From NCBI RefSeq assembly GCF_036365525.1, contig NC_090406.1, positions 4,434,103 to 4,498,102 of the forward strand: DNA of 64,000 nucleotides, read 5' to 3'. The notes beneath the pieces were generated by a model. The model made no database searches. It saw only the letters and a program-made list of their open reading frames with translations, and was not told where the DNA came from. Position numbers and translations under genes: made by a program. This DNA comes from Heterodontus francisci (taxonomy: Eukaryota). How positions within the stretch are numbered: position 1 is the stretch's first letter; each line of letters begins with the position of its first letter. Below are positions 11,901 through 25,205 of the stretch, in pieces.

Positions 11901-14900
11901 ATTACAGCACAGGAGGCCATTCAGCCCATCGAATCTGGGTTGCCTCCTTTGAAGAGTAATCCAGTTACTATTGAATCTGTTTCCGCCACATCAGGCGGTG
12001 CATTTCAAATTTTGAACACTCGTTGCGTAAAAAAGTTTTTCCTCATATTGCCTCTGGTTCTTTCACCAATTGCCTTAAAATCTGCGCCCTCTGGTTATCA
12101 TACCTTCAGCAATTGGAAAAATACCCCTTATTTACTCAACTAAATTCTTCATGATGCTAAACATCTCTTAGCCTTCTCTGATATAAGGATCTTGTCCCCA
12201 AACCTCAAATCTCTTCCTGCCTTAGATGTAAAAAAGCAAAAGGAAAGTCTTAGGATAGCTTTCCATTTAAAGTACTCCTGTATTTTGTAGTCAAAAAAAT
12301 GTATAAGAAAAACTAATCTTGCTTTTTAAACAAAAAATGCAATCTTTCCCCTACAGGCAGCCCACCAGATAAGGTAATCTCCTCGCTGGTAGGCTGTTCC
12401 CTGATATCAACATGAAAGTGCCTTGTGTAGTGGGAGGGATGATCAAGTTGGACTAGTTTGAAAGTTGATCTGGAGTTGCTTGACCCTGAAATGGCAACTA
12501 CTCATTAGTCAGTTAGCAGGGCAAGCCAAAGTGAGGGTAAAACCAAGGGAGGCAGTCATCTGTTCAGGTGAAAGTTCGATATTTTTTAAAAAGACAAAAA
12601 AAAATCTTATTGAACTTTTTTTAAAATGTGGAATCAGCAAGTAGACTATTTTTCCCTTTCAGTTACAGCACTGTGCACAGTCACGCAACAGGAAAATTCT
12701 ATGTACCCAGTTGAAAATGAATCATAGGCAAACAATTTCATTAATCTGAGATTTCAGATAAATGACTCTACATCTGAATGCAGAAATTTAGTGGCAAATT
12801 ATTCAGTGATAGCGCGATCTGTTCAGAAGCAAAAATAAGCCTGACAAAACATCTACTACACTTCCCCTTATTACTACATCCACAACAAAAATATCCGTGG
12901 ACCTTAGATGGATTGCATTTTTTGGAATTAAAGTGCCAATTATGGAGCTTCCATTTCTAAATCCAATCAATGTGATAAATACAATTCCACTTCCCTACTT
13001 TTTAATTAATGTTAATTAAAAGCACCGGAGATTACTTCCTACTCTGCTACTGTTCCATCTACAATCTGAAAAAAACAGCCACAGTCGCTGACCCAGTAAG
13101 ACATTCCACGGGGACAAACAAGGTTAGCTGTTGTTTAGTGACACAGTTTTCTTTTTACATTGAGTTACATAGCAAGTACAGCATAGAAAGCTTCCCTTTA
13201 AATTCCCCTTATCCATCTTAACTGCTCCATGTGGTAGTGAATGTAAGTCAGCCTATGATTTCAGTAAAGCATAAAGGTGGGTGTTTGAAATTGTTGTGCT
13301 GTGTCCACTTGAACTGTAAAAGTTGTTCAGCAGCATCATTATTGGTTCTGTCTTTCCACATTTCTGTTGTGCCTGGAGAAGCAATTTACAGCTGTATAAC
13401 ACAGAGGTGAAGAACAGATCAGCAACACCTGCAAGTCTGCCATTTCTATTCGTGTTTAAAAGCCTTACAATTCTTACAGTACATTTAAACATGGGAAATT
13501 TCTGCACATCAGAGGCTGTGCATGGAAGATAGTCACTGGCGATGGGTGTAATTTGAATTAGATTAGAACAAGTAATGCACACTATATAATGGTTCCAAAA
13601 GAAATAAACCTATTGATAATACAGTTTACCAATTTGGAAAACAACTATATGAAACTGGGTACTGTTAACAAAAGTGGATTTGAATATGATAGAAACCATT
13701 TTAGCAAAAGTAACCTTTCACTGCAGTAGTGAACACGCAGTAGCAGAGACCACAGTAGATTTTTCACTTCATTTAATATAATTCAAACCTACCACTTAAC
13801 AAAAATAAGACAGTTGGTGAACAGAGCCAAAGAGAGGAAGGCTCAGACTTGAAGAGGACAAACAGTAACTATCGCGTACATGCGCACAATAGAAGTTCAT
13901 CAAGAAATAATGACAGAAAATGCTCTATATACACAACAGATCTCTCAACATGAAAAAACAAGTGAGCACCCTCAATTTCTGCTTCAGCCAAAAGGTTAAT
14001 TCATCAGATGTTGATAGTTTAGTGTTCCCAGGGTTTCTGCACTTATATTAGATCTCCACCATTTGCTGGAATTCTTTTAATCTGATTAAGAGCTAGGACT
14101 GCCTTCAATCTCAGAAAGCATTTTAGTGAAATGTCTGCCAACCCAGAGATATTCATAGTATTCCAATTGGGGCAGGCAGGAGGGAAGGGGAATTACTCTG
14201 GTTACTTTGGGAAAGTGGGTGGGGGTGTTAAGATGTCACATCCTTTACCTATGTCCCGTGCAGGGCCCAGTTACCCCGCATTACTCCAGGTGGGAGTGTG
14301 AACCCTCTTCTCATACAGGGCCTGGTTTCCTTTGTGGTTGGAGAGAGTATCAGACCTGTGCCCAAAACAGAGCCTTGTTACCTTGGGATGGAGTTATCAA
14401 ATCCTCTCCTTTCAGGGCCTTAGTGCTCCCAGTTACACCAGTTTTTTTGGGGGGCGGGGAAGAGAGCATCACCGCCTTTTCCACAACAGGGACCTGCTGC
14501 CTTGGGATTAGGTTTACCAATCCGCCAGTATTACCCTGGAGTCTCCAGAAATTGAAGATCAAATTCCTGGAGACTGCTGTGAGTAACGCAGGGCAAAAAT
14601 CAGAGTTTTAAAAAATTTTCTTTTTGTTCATTTTCTTTGAATACTTTTGTTCAATGGGGGAGACTGACTGAACAAGGCACGAAAACATGTAATGAAACCT
14701 CCAGGATTACATCCAATCAGCGATAGCAACTCTCCCCAGGATGAAGGGGTGTCAGATCTTCACCCCAAAAAAAGGCCTTGTTGCCCCTAGTCACCCCAGG
14801 GTGGGGATCAGACTTTGTCTCTCCCCCCACCCCAGGTACGGTTGCCCCTGGTTACCGCGTACAGGCCCAGCCTCGGCAACGAACCTATTTCACACAGAGC

Positions 14901-15024
14901 TCCAGGACAGCGGGGTTTTCCCCACCCCCTCCCTGCTTAAACCTCTAGCTATGCCCCCAGGCCCAATTGTAAGCCCCGGTCCCGGTCTCTCCCCCTTCTC
15001 CTTCCCCACCTCAGCCCCACAAAC

Positions 15025-15046
15025 CTGGACAAAACCTCTCCTCCAT
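15025..15046 (-). CDS. SUGP2: SUGP2 coding exon 1 (MEERFCP-, 22 nt, phase 1)
   Basis: gcagcaATGGAGGAGAGGTTTTGTCCAG|gtttgt on the minus strand, just downstream of an ETS-CRE motif; joins in frame (G|AA ATG) to the exon starting at 8972. Confidence 0.7.
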
Positions 15047-15362
15047 TGCTGCCGTCACGTCACTTCCGTCCCCCCACCGGAAGTATCGCGCACCTTCTGA
15101 AAGAACAAAACCGTCCCTCAAGTTCTATATTTAAAAATCGCGACCGCATATCTTTAAATAAATAAATTTAGAACAATAGAATGGTTTCTTGTATTTTCTA
15201 GATTAAACACAATTTTGTAGTTTTTCTCCCTGATCTTGCCTTTGATGTCAATTGTACCAGAAACTACAACTCCCAGAGCGCCTTGCGTGGCCAGAGGCAG
15301 CATCCGGTTGTGTGACGGTTTTATCCGACCAGCCGGAAGTGACGGCATAAGGATATGCAGCC
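15047..15362. promoter_or_regulatory. Bidirectional promoter shared by SUGP2 and SUGP1
   Basis: Divergent ATGs at 15046(-) and 15363(+); ETS-CRE composite CGGAAGTGACG on minus (~15058-15068) and on plus (15334-15344); extra CCGGAAGT at 15077; ZNF143/SBS-type ACTACAACTCCCAG at 15263-15276; locally CpG-enriched. Confidence 0.8.
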
Positions 15363-15384
15363 ATGGCGATGGAGGGAGAAGCAG
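15363..15384 (+). CDS. SUGP1: SUGP1 coding exon 1 (MAMEGEA-, 22 nt, phase 1)
   Basis: Kozak gccATGG; CAG|gttggt donor; in frame with exon 2. Confidence 0.75.
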
Positions 15385-15402
15385 GTTGGTGTTCGGGTCA
15401 AT

Positions 15403-15556
15403 AGAAAGTGCTGGAAATACTCCGCAGTTCTGGCAGTATCTGTGGAGAGAGAAACAGAGTTAATAGAGTGATCGGAGGGTCATAGACCTGAAGCGTTAAC
15501 TTTGTTCCTTTCCCCACAGATGCTGTCAGACCTGCTGAGTATTTCTAACACTTTCT
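15403..15556. repeat. Inverted repeat with ~60-bp arms (dispersed, probably Penelope-type terminal repeat)
   Basis: 15403-15463 is the approximate reverse complement of 15496-15556; one arm recurs at ~56150-56225. Confidence 0.75.
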
Positions 15557-16703
15557 GGTTTTATTTCAGATTTCCAGCATCAGCGATATTTTGCTTTTAT
15601 TTTGGTGTTGGGGTCCATTGGGGGAGAGGAAGGGGTTAACGGGGCTCCAAAGGGGCAGTAGTCTCCAGAATTAGGGGAAAAGCTTTCATTAACCAAATGC
15701 ATTTTCTATCTCATCCCTGAAGAATAGGGAAGAGGGATTTGCCCCAATTGGGGGAGGGGCGTTACTGCCCCACCAAGATAGCTGGGAGTTCAGATTAACC
15801 CCAGTTAAAGTACAGGAGCTTCTTTCATCTTACAACCTGAAGTGCTTACACACCCTCTCTTTACTATGTCCCAAATTACTGATGGGGAGCTAGTTCTTGT
15901 GGGAGCACTTATAACCTGTTTTAATTGTTTAGATCCTGTCATTGGTTAACACAGGTTTTAATTCTTGGTTGCCATGACATCCATTTTGCTCTTGCAGGTT
16001 TGTTCAGACTTCAGGAGTTGTCATTTATCTGACTTTAAAAAAAAAAGTCACCTACTCTGATGTGTAAACACTCTGTGTGCTTTTGTGTTTCTAAATGCAG
16101 CCGCAGTCTATCTGACCTGTGCTCTTTGAAGATTTCACCGTTTCCCTCCTCACCCCATTGTTCACAGATCATCTAGCTGTCAGAAGTGCACGTTTTGTAC
16201 TTTTTAAAAAACAATAATTTTATTATTGTTTACGTGTTGGCCAGGGTTGTACATTCTGCTTATACGGCATTTGCTGCAGTACAGAATGATACATTGATTC
16301 TGTTGATGTAGCATTTTGATGAAAAGTTACATGTCTGAATTGTCAGTGGCCTGTCTTTGCGCTTTACAGCTACTGACTGGTCTGTTGTGTAGCTTCAATC
16401 CTTTCTGATTTTATTTTGGTGTTTACTAGTGCTGTGGCAAGGATAAGGGTGTTTTCTAAGTAGTGACCATGTGGGAGAAGGACAGTATTGATATGGACAG
16501 TTAACTCCTTGTTCCTGAAACTCTGACCTCACTTGGTAAAGCCTCTGAACTTTCATAAAATATTTGTACAGGTGTTTTTATGCTTGAGGGACGGTGAGAG
16601 AGTGACTTTCAAGGGCTTGGTTTTCCCTTTCTTTTAGCAATGTCCTGAGGGCCCCTGTAGTGCAAAATATGTCCCTCCAAGCAACCTATCACTTGTTTGT
16701 AGC

Positions 16704-16943
16704 TTTAGATTAGAGATACAGCACTGAAACAGGCCCTTCGGCCCACCGAGTCTGTGCCGAACATCAACCACCCATTTATACTAATCCTACACTAATCCCA
16801 TACTCCTACCAAACATCCCCACCTGTCCCTATATTTCCCTACCACCTACCTATACTAGTGACAATTTATAATGGCCAATTTACCTATCAACCTGCAAGTC
16901 TTTTGGCTTGTGGGAGGAAACCGGAGCACCCGGAGAAAACCCA
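16704..16943 (-). mobile_element. SINE 3' part (same family as 41228-41570)
   Basis: Near reverse complement of 41340-41540. Confidence 0.8.
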
Positions 16944-17930
16944 CTCTCAGAAACCTTTGAGAAGTTGAGTATGAATTTTGTTCTGTGTGGACTCTCTACC
17001 CTTTATGAGAGAACTGTGTTGCACCCATGATGGTTGACTATGGTGTCTCATTGTCCACGTAAAAGTGTTCCAACATTCAGTCTGGACTGCAAATCTGTTG
17101 GATTGAGTTTAGCCCTTTGAGTGCTGAGCCCACATTCTCCTGAGTGAGAAACTTCACCTCATTCTATTCCTGCTACAGCCTCAGCCAAGCCCCATATCCA
17201 TCCAGAGCCATTCCTCCTCCCAAGTGGAATAACTCCCATTTACTGCAGAGGCGAGCAATACTTCAGCAAGCATCCTCCTCAAGCTTCAACCTATAACCAA
17301 TCTCTTCCTTTCACAGGCCCTGGTTGATCTGATACATAGATACACTCTTGCAGTGACCCTTAATGCTGCTTAAAATATCATTGACTGTTAGTAATAAAAA
17401 CAGAAGTAGGCCATATGACCCATTGAGCCTGCTGCACCATTCAATAAGATTACGGCTGATGATCTACATCAACTCCACTTCTCTGCCCGATCCCCAAATA
17501 TAACAGTCGGGAAATATTTACAAGGAGGGATACCAATAGCGCCCAAAAATCTATCATTCTCTTTCTTAAATATGCTCATAAACTGAAGATCCACTGGCCT
17601 TGGACTTATCATGGTGTGGGAGGGTGCAACGAAGGTTTACTGGATTGATTCCTGGGATGAGAGGGTTATCCCAAGAGGAGAGATTAAGTTGAATGAGCCT
17701 ATATTCTCCAGAGTTGAGAAGAATGAGCAATAATCTAATTAAAACTTTTAAAATGCTTGGAAGCAATGTACCTTTAAACTTCCTTACTGTGGGAATCCAG
17801 TTGTTTCAATGTGTGGTACTTTTACTTTTTTTTTTGCACAGAACAGATTGTCAATCAGGATTAGCTTTCCTTTCTTGTAAATATTTCCTGGATTGTTACA
17901 TTTGTGTGTTTTGATTTTTCTTTCTTGCAG

Positions 17931-18132
17931 GTAAGGCTGGTGGGGCCACCAAGTCCAGCAGTGAGCGATCCTTTAGTCTGGAGCGTCTGGGCTCCTCCAA
18001 TAGACCCAATAAATTGTATGTGAATCTAATGAAACAAGAGGAGCTGATAGCGCAGAAGAAAAAGGAAATCGAGGCCAAAATGGAGAGGGCAAAAAAGGAC
18101 AGTTTCACAAAGCTGCAAGTGACGCCCGCTCA
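17931..18132 (+). CDS. SUGP1: SUGP1 exon 2 (NLMKQEELIAQKKKEIEAKME)
   Basis: tttcttgcag| acceptor, CA|gtacgt donor; matches human QEELIAQKKREIEAKME. Confidence 0.9.
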
Positions 18133-18289
18133 GTACGTATTGATTAATGCTTCTTATTGACAATTATGCATTTCACTTCACTTTTAACTTGTGCTCGTTG
18201 AAATGAGGGATGTTAGTACTACGAATAGAACTCATTTTATTTCAGGCCAAGCTTCTAATTTCTTTGTTAATTAATACCACATCAGCAAC

Positions 18290-18745
18290 AGTGTGGGTTA
18301 GATGCAGACTAAAGCTCCATCTACACTGTCTCATCAAACACTCCCAGGACAGATACAGCATGGGGCTAGATACAGAGTAAAGCTCCCTCTATACTGTCCC
18401 ATCATACACTCCCTGTATAGCTTCAGCACAGGTTAGATACAAAATAATGCTCCCTCTACACTGTCCCATCAAACACTCCCAGGGCAGGTACAGCACAGGT
18501 TAGATCCAGAGTAAAGCTCCCTCTACACTGTCCCCATCAAACACTCCCAGGGCAGGTACAGCACAGGTTAGATACAGAGTAAAGCTCCCTCTACACTGTC
18601 CCCATCAAACACTCCCAGGGCAGGTACAGCACAGGTTAGATCCAGAGTAAAGCTCCCTCTACACTGTCCCCATCAAACACTCCCAGGGCAGGTACAGCAC
18701 AGGTTAGATCCAGAGTAAAGCTCCCTCTACACTGACCCATTAATA
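18290..18745. repeat. 68-bp minisatellite (GGTTAGATACAGAGTAAAGCTCCCTCTACACTGTCCCCATCAAACACTCCCAGGGCAGGTACAGCACA)
   Basis: About 6-7 tandem units. Confidence 0.9.
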
Positions 18746-19204
18746 CTCCTCTCCCAAACTTTGCAATTGACTTGCACTGTACCAAGCTAACTATTTCTGT
18801 TGTTCCACACCAGACATCCTGAAGTCTCTGAGTGTTGAATTAGGTGTGTTATTTGTTATTGTTGTCCTATCTCCACTGGGAACAAGCCTGAGACTGACCA
18901 AACTCATTTCGCAAAGGACCTTTGTCGTCAACACAGGAAGGAAATTTCCAACTCGTTGACTGGGTTGGGTTTGAACTCAAAGGCTGTGTTTAACCCACTG
19001 CACAAGCCAGATACCTTAATGTAATCTCCAGCTGGCCATATGGATGTCATTCTTAACGATTTTCTGATTTTGGATGGACGTTTTATTTGTTGTGTGTGAG
19101 GTATGTTTTTAGAGATGTTTAGTTGAATTCTGAGACTGGTGTTCAGCCTGGCTCTGCTTTTGCTGGTTTGTCTAGAATTCGCTGTCATTCTAATTATTTT
19201 GCAG

Positions 19205-19299
19205 GGATAATGACCAAACCAACACATCTAACAAGTTTGCCAATGATGGGAGTTTCCTGCAGCAGTTCCTGAAGATGCAAAAAGAGAAAGCGACTACAG
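19205..19299 (+). CDS. SUGP1: SUGP1 exon 3 (SNKFANDGSFLQQFLKMQK)
   Basis: ttttgcag| acceptor, G|gtgagg donor; conserved motif. Confidence 0.92.
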
Positions 19300-20707
19300 G
19301 TGAGGAGAGTGTGCGAGGCAAGGCATGATTTGTTACTGTGGAGATGTGAGACATACAGAGCAGACCTCCAAAGGACCAGCAGTTGGGTCACTCCCATCCA
19401 CCTCTGCCCTTGGTCAGGATCACACGGGCTTCCTGTTCCTGACTGCTGTTCGGTGACTCCTGCTGAATGTATGTGCAAGATTGGTCTTCACTGCAGTTTC
19501 TCCCTCACCCCACTTCCATGCACTGACCTAGTCTTTCACACGATGAACGCTAAGTTGAGAAAGGTACTGGGTGGCAGCTGACATCTCGGAAACTGTGCTG
19601 CAGTCTAATTCATTGCCTTCAGGTGAGGAGGGCAGAAAACTGGATGATGTAACAACATAGTAACTGGAGTAGGCCATTCATTCCATCTATACATTCAAAG
19701 TCTTTAATTTCAATTGTGTCAACTTCTTCAATTTAAAATTCCCGTATCCGCAGTTATCGTGAAATCTGCTTATAACATCTTGTCACACTGTAATTACACT
19801 CTCCTGCCAATAACCGTGTATTCCCTTGACTATAGTAGATTAGGGGATGGTCTAATTGAGGTGGTTAAGAATAAAGGCGTTGATGGTTAGATAGAAACTA
19901 TTTCCTTTGGTGGGGGAATCCAGAACAAGGGGGCATAACCTTAAAATTAGAGCCAGGCTGTTCAGGGGTGATGTCAGGAAACACTTCTTCACACAAAGGG
20001 TAGTGGAAATCTGGAACACTGCCACCCTAAAGGCTGTTGAGGCTGGAGGTCAATTGAACATTTTAAAAACTGAGATAGATTTTTATTAGGTAAGGGTACT
20101 AAGGGTAATGGCACAAGGTGGGTAGACGGAGTTGAGATGCAGATAAGCTAGACCTAATTGAATGGTGGAAGAGGCTGAAGGGGCTGAATGGCCTCCTCCT
20201 GTTCCTACATAGCATTGCAGCGCCTCCACTGGCAGAAGGGTGTAATTACAATGTGACGAGTTTACATAACAAAAATAAGGACAGTTTACATTATGATGGG
20301 AATATAAAAGTAAGGACAGAATATATAAAATGGAGACTGAGATACACCTGCAAGCCTGGTCCAAAAATCCCCACCCTTTCACCCTGCTTCATCTGAAGGC
20401 TGTACTTGCTCTTCACTGCCAGTGTAGAACACCACGAAGGATTCATTAAGCATACGTTAATTGTTGTAATATCCTGTACTATTAGGGCACCTTCAGTTAA
20501 CATATTCAACTATTTCAGCGGATGGGTGGGAGTCAGAAATGTTATTCTTGGAATTCAGATACAGTATTAATGCTGATGTTTAACTCGAATGGAGGTGGGA
20601 GTGCAGGGTGATACTTCAGTGTAACTTCCTGACATTTGCTTTTGACTTAAGTAAGTTCATCTTTGATTGTAATGTTTGACCCACTGATCGTGTTTTTTTT
20701 CCTGAAG

Positions 20708-20950
20708 GGGTGCCAACAAGTAACAGCAGTAACTCCACCAGTCCCTCGGGGACCCAGGCACAGAAGAGGCAGATTCTGATCGGGAAGCGACCTGGCTTGG
20801 GAGTGAGCTCTTTAGGCAGCACATTAGGCCAGATGAAGAACTACACCCACGCCAAGCAGATGCCAATCGCAGCCCGCCCCAGCGTCTTCCAGTCGCCAGA
20901 TGACGAAGAGGAGGAGGATGAGGACCTTGAGCAGTGGGCAGAAGTGAAAG
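20708..20950 (+). CDS. SUGP1: SUGP1 exon 4 ([32 protein letters not shown])
   Basis: ttttcctgaag| acceptor, G|gtaact donor; track ORF 20710. Confidence 0.92.
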
Positions 20951-21758
20951 GTAACTTCGATTGCTTGAACTGTGATAATGTGCGTTCGTCTTTAGCAACT
21001 GCTGCTGTACTGAGAGATTTGCTGAGAGGGTATTTGTTTTACCCCATTTCTCTTGAAGGGGCTGTATCACACTGGAATCCAGTCCCTTGGCTCCCTGTGG
21101 CAGAAGAAAAAAGTATCAGCCAGGGGTTTCCACTTGATTGCTGTCCAGCCTCAGTTTCCATAGCTTATGCTTTTTTTCCACACTAGTACCTTGCCATATG
21201 TTGCGTTTTCTATATTACAACAGTAACTAAACTTCAGAAATATTTCATTGGCTGTATAACAGCCACTTGGGAAAGACAGTGGGAGACTGTCGGGCTGCTA
21301 TGGAACCGTAACTCAAGAAAAATGTACTGGGGAGGAAGGGCAGACTTTTGTAGCTGATCAGTAATCGCATAATTTCTCATTAGGTACTAGTGCGGAAACA
21401 GCACCATACGCTGTAGAAAATTGGCCCAAATCCTTTGAGTGAATGCAAAAACTGCAGTCAGTAAATAAAGGAATGGAAAAGACTTGCATTTATGTAGTGT
21501 ATTTCACAACATCCCAAAGTGCTTTACAGCTAATGACTTTTGTTTCACTGCTATAATGTAGGAAACACGGCAGCTAATTTGTGCACAGTGAGCTCCCACA
21601 AACATATATGTGATAACCAGATTATCTATTTTTAGGTGCACAGCCAGAGGTCGTAGTCCACATTGGTACCAACAATATAGGTAGAAAAATGGATGAGGTC
21701 CTGCAGGCTTAGTTTAGGGACTAGGAAAGAGATTTGCAAGCAGGACCTCAAAGGTAGT

Positions 21759-22441
21759 CTTTGGCCTCCTTGTCTCGAGAGACAATGGGTAAGCGCCTGG
21801 AGGTGGTCAGTGGTGTCAGTCGCTGTGAGACAACTATGGAGTGACCTCTCCATGGCGCATGCCTGGGCAAATTTGTGGAGGTTGAGAGTTGCCCAAGCGT
21901 CAAAACCCCCCTCTCGGCCTTTCTGGTGGGGTCCAAAGGAGTGGAGCACGACGTTTGGCACCGGTATGGCTGCAGGAACTGCCGGAAACATGCCAAAGGT
22001 GACACATGACCGCCTACGGGGTTCTGCTCCGGATTTTCTGTTAGGGTTTACTCCCTTAGCCTTGGTCTCTCCCGAGACGCCCACAAGGCAGTGGGGTTGT
22101 TAGGGCCTCTACACAGGTGTAGGGTGAAGCCGGTGGGAGGAGGGGGTGCGAGGGGGTGGGGTGGAGGGGAGGGGGTGCGAGGGGGACTTTATATTCCATC
22201 TGCTATGTTCTTATCCACTCACCAAGCCTGTCCAGATCCCTTTGAAACTCTTTGCATCCTCCTCACAACTTACATTCCTTCCTAGTTTTGAATCATCAGC
22301 AATTTTGGAAATATTACAATTGGTCCCCATTTCCAAATAATGTATATAGATTGTAAATAGCTGTTGCCCCCAGCCCTGATCCTTGTGGTACCCCCCCTAG
22401 TAACAGCCTGCCATCCTGAGAATGACACGTTTATTCCTACA
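21759..22441 (-). mobile_element. Composite insertion (RTE-like 5' piece + inverted CR1 RT fragment) flanked by a 12-bp TSD CTCAAAGGTAGT
   Basis: Direct repeat at 21747-21758 and 22442-22453; the CR1 ORF1 sequence resumes after it. Confidence 0.7.
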
Positions 22442-25205
22442 CTCAAAGGTAGTAATCTCCGGATTACTCCCAAGGCCACATGCTAGTGAATATAGAAATA
22501 GGAGAATACACCAGATGAATGTGTGGCTGGAGGGATAGTGCAGGAGGGAGAGCTTCATATTTCTGGGGCATTGAGACTGGTTCTGGGGAAGGTGGGAGCC
22601 GTACAAGCCGGGCGGTCTGCACCTGAACAGGACTGGGACAAATATCCTTACACGAAGATTTGCTAGTGCTGTTGGGGATGGTTTAAACTAGATTGGCAGG
22701 GGATGGGAACCTGAGCACAGTTTCAGATAGGACAAATTCAGAGTAGGGAACGGAAGACAGAAAATTAGCGAGTGACTCTGAAAGACAGAAGAAGCAAAGG
22801 TTAAAAAGTGTGCAGCACAGGAATTTGGCTGTGTTAAAAGGTATTTATTTAAATGCAAGGAGTATAGCAAATAAAGCCAATGAGCTGAGGGCACAGACAC
22901 ATGGCAGCATGATATCATTGCTATAATGGAAACTTGGCTTCAAGAGGGGCAAAAATGGCAGCTCAACATCCTTGGATATAGAGTTTTTAGGCAGGATAGT
23001 GAGGGGGATGAAAAAGGAGGGGGTGTAGCATTATTGGTTAAAGAATCAATTACAGCTGTGAGGAGGGATGCTATGCGAAATGAATCATCAAATGAGGCCA
23101 TATGGGTTGAGCTCAGAAATATAAAAGGGGCAGCCACACTACTAGGAGTGTACTGTAGACCCCCAAATAGTGAAAGGGAGATAGAAGAACAAATAAGTAG
23201 GTACATTTCTGAGTGCAAAAACAATAGGGCAATAATAGTTTGGGATTTCAACTACCCTAATATCACCTGGGATACAAACAGTGTGGAGGGCACAAAATTC
23301 TTGAACTGCATTCAAGAGAACTTTTTTAGCAGCACGTAACAAGCCCAACGAGAGAGGGCGCAATTCTAAATTTAGTCTTAGGAAATGAAGCTGGGCAAGT
23401 GGATGAAGTAGCAGTGGGTGACCATTTTGGAGATAGTGACCATAGTACAGTTAGATTTAGCATTATTATGGAAAAGGACAAATAGAACAGGAGTGAAAGT
23501 TTTAAATTGGGGGAAGCAAATTTTACGAAGCTGAGAGGTGATCTGGCGAAAGTGGACTGGATACAGCTATTTGAAGGAAAATCTGTGGCAAACCAGTGGG
23601 AGGCATTCAAAAGCGAGATTCTACGGGCACAGCGTAGACGTGTCCCCACAAAGAAAAAGGGTGCTACTGCCAAAACTAGAGCCCTCTGGTTACCAAGAGG
23701 CATACAGGGTAAGATAAAGCAGAAAAAGAAAGCATATGACAGTCACAAAAAACTTAATACTTTAAAAAACCTCGAGGACTATAGAAAGTGCAGGGGCAAA
23801 GTAAAAAAAGGAAATTAGGAAAGCAAAGAGAGGGCATGAAAAAATATTGACAGGTAAAATCAAGGAAAACCCAAAGATGTTTTATCAGTACATTAAGAAC
23901 AAGAGGCTAACTAAGGAAAGGGTAGGGTCTATCAGAGATGTACAAGGTAACTTAGGCGTGTATGCAGAAGATGTGGCCAGGGTTCTTAATGAGTACTTTG
24001 TCTCTGTCTTCACAAAGGAGAGGGATGATTCAGACATTGTAGTTAAAGAGGAGCAGTGTGAAATATTAGATACGATTAGCATAATGAAAGAGGAAGTACT
24101 AGGGGGTCTGACATCTTTGAAAGTGGATAAATCACCAGGGCCGAATGGATTTTATCCCAGGCGTTAAAGGAAACCAGGGAGGAAATAGCAGATGCTCTGA
24201 TGATCTTCAAATCCTCACCAGTACAGGCGAGGTACCAGAGTATTGGAGATCTGCGAAAGGGTGCGAGGGATAGGCCAAATAATTATAAGCCAGTCAGTCT
24301 GACCTCGGTGGTGGGCAAACTATTCGACTCAATTCTGAGAGATAGGATAAACTGTCACTTAGAAAGGCAAGGATTAATCTGGGATAGTCAGCAAGAATTT
24401 CTTGAGGGAAGGTCTTGACTTACGAATTTAGTTGAAATTTTTGAGCAAGTAACAAGGAGGATTGATGAGGGTAGTGCAGTGGATGTTGTCTACATGGATT
24501 TTAGTAAGGAATTTGACAAGGTCCCCCAAGGTCAGAAAAGTAAAAGGCCATGGGATACAGGGGAATGTGGAGAGTTGGGTCCAAAATTGGTTCAGTGACT
24601 GGAAAGAAAGGGTAGCGGTCGGCTGATGCTTCTGCAAATGGAAGGCAGTTTCCAGTGGCGTTCCACAGGGCTCAGTGTTGGGTCCCTTGCTGTTTATGGT
24701 ATAAATTAATGATTTGGACTTAAATATGGGAGGCATGATTGGGAAATTTGCAGAGGACGCAAAAATTGGTCCTGTAGTTGATAATGAAGAGGATAGCTGT
24801 AGACTCCAGAATGATATCAGTGGTTTGGTTGAGTGGGTGGAAAAGTGGCAAATGGAATTCAATCCGGAGAAATGTGAGGTAATGTATTCGGGGAGGGCAA
24901 ATAAAGCGAGGGAATACACAATAGAAAGGAGGATATTGAGAGGGTTAGAGGAAGCGAGAAACCTTGGAGTGCATGTCCACAGGTCCCTGAAGATGGCAGG
25001 ACAGGTAGATAAAGTGGTGAAGAAGGCATATGGAATGCTTTGCTTTATTAGCCGAGGTATTTTGTATAGAATACAACAGCAGGGACGTAATGCTGGAACT
25101 GTATAAAACGCTGGTTAGGCCACAGCTGGAGTATTGCGTTCAGTTCTGGTCACTACATTACAGGAAGGGCATTATTATTGCTCTGGAGAGAGTACAAAGG
25201 AGACT

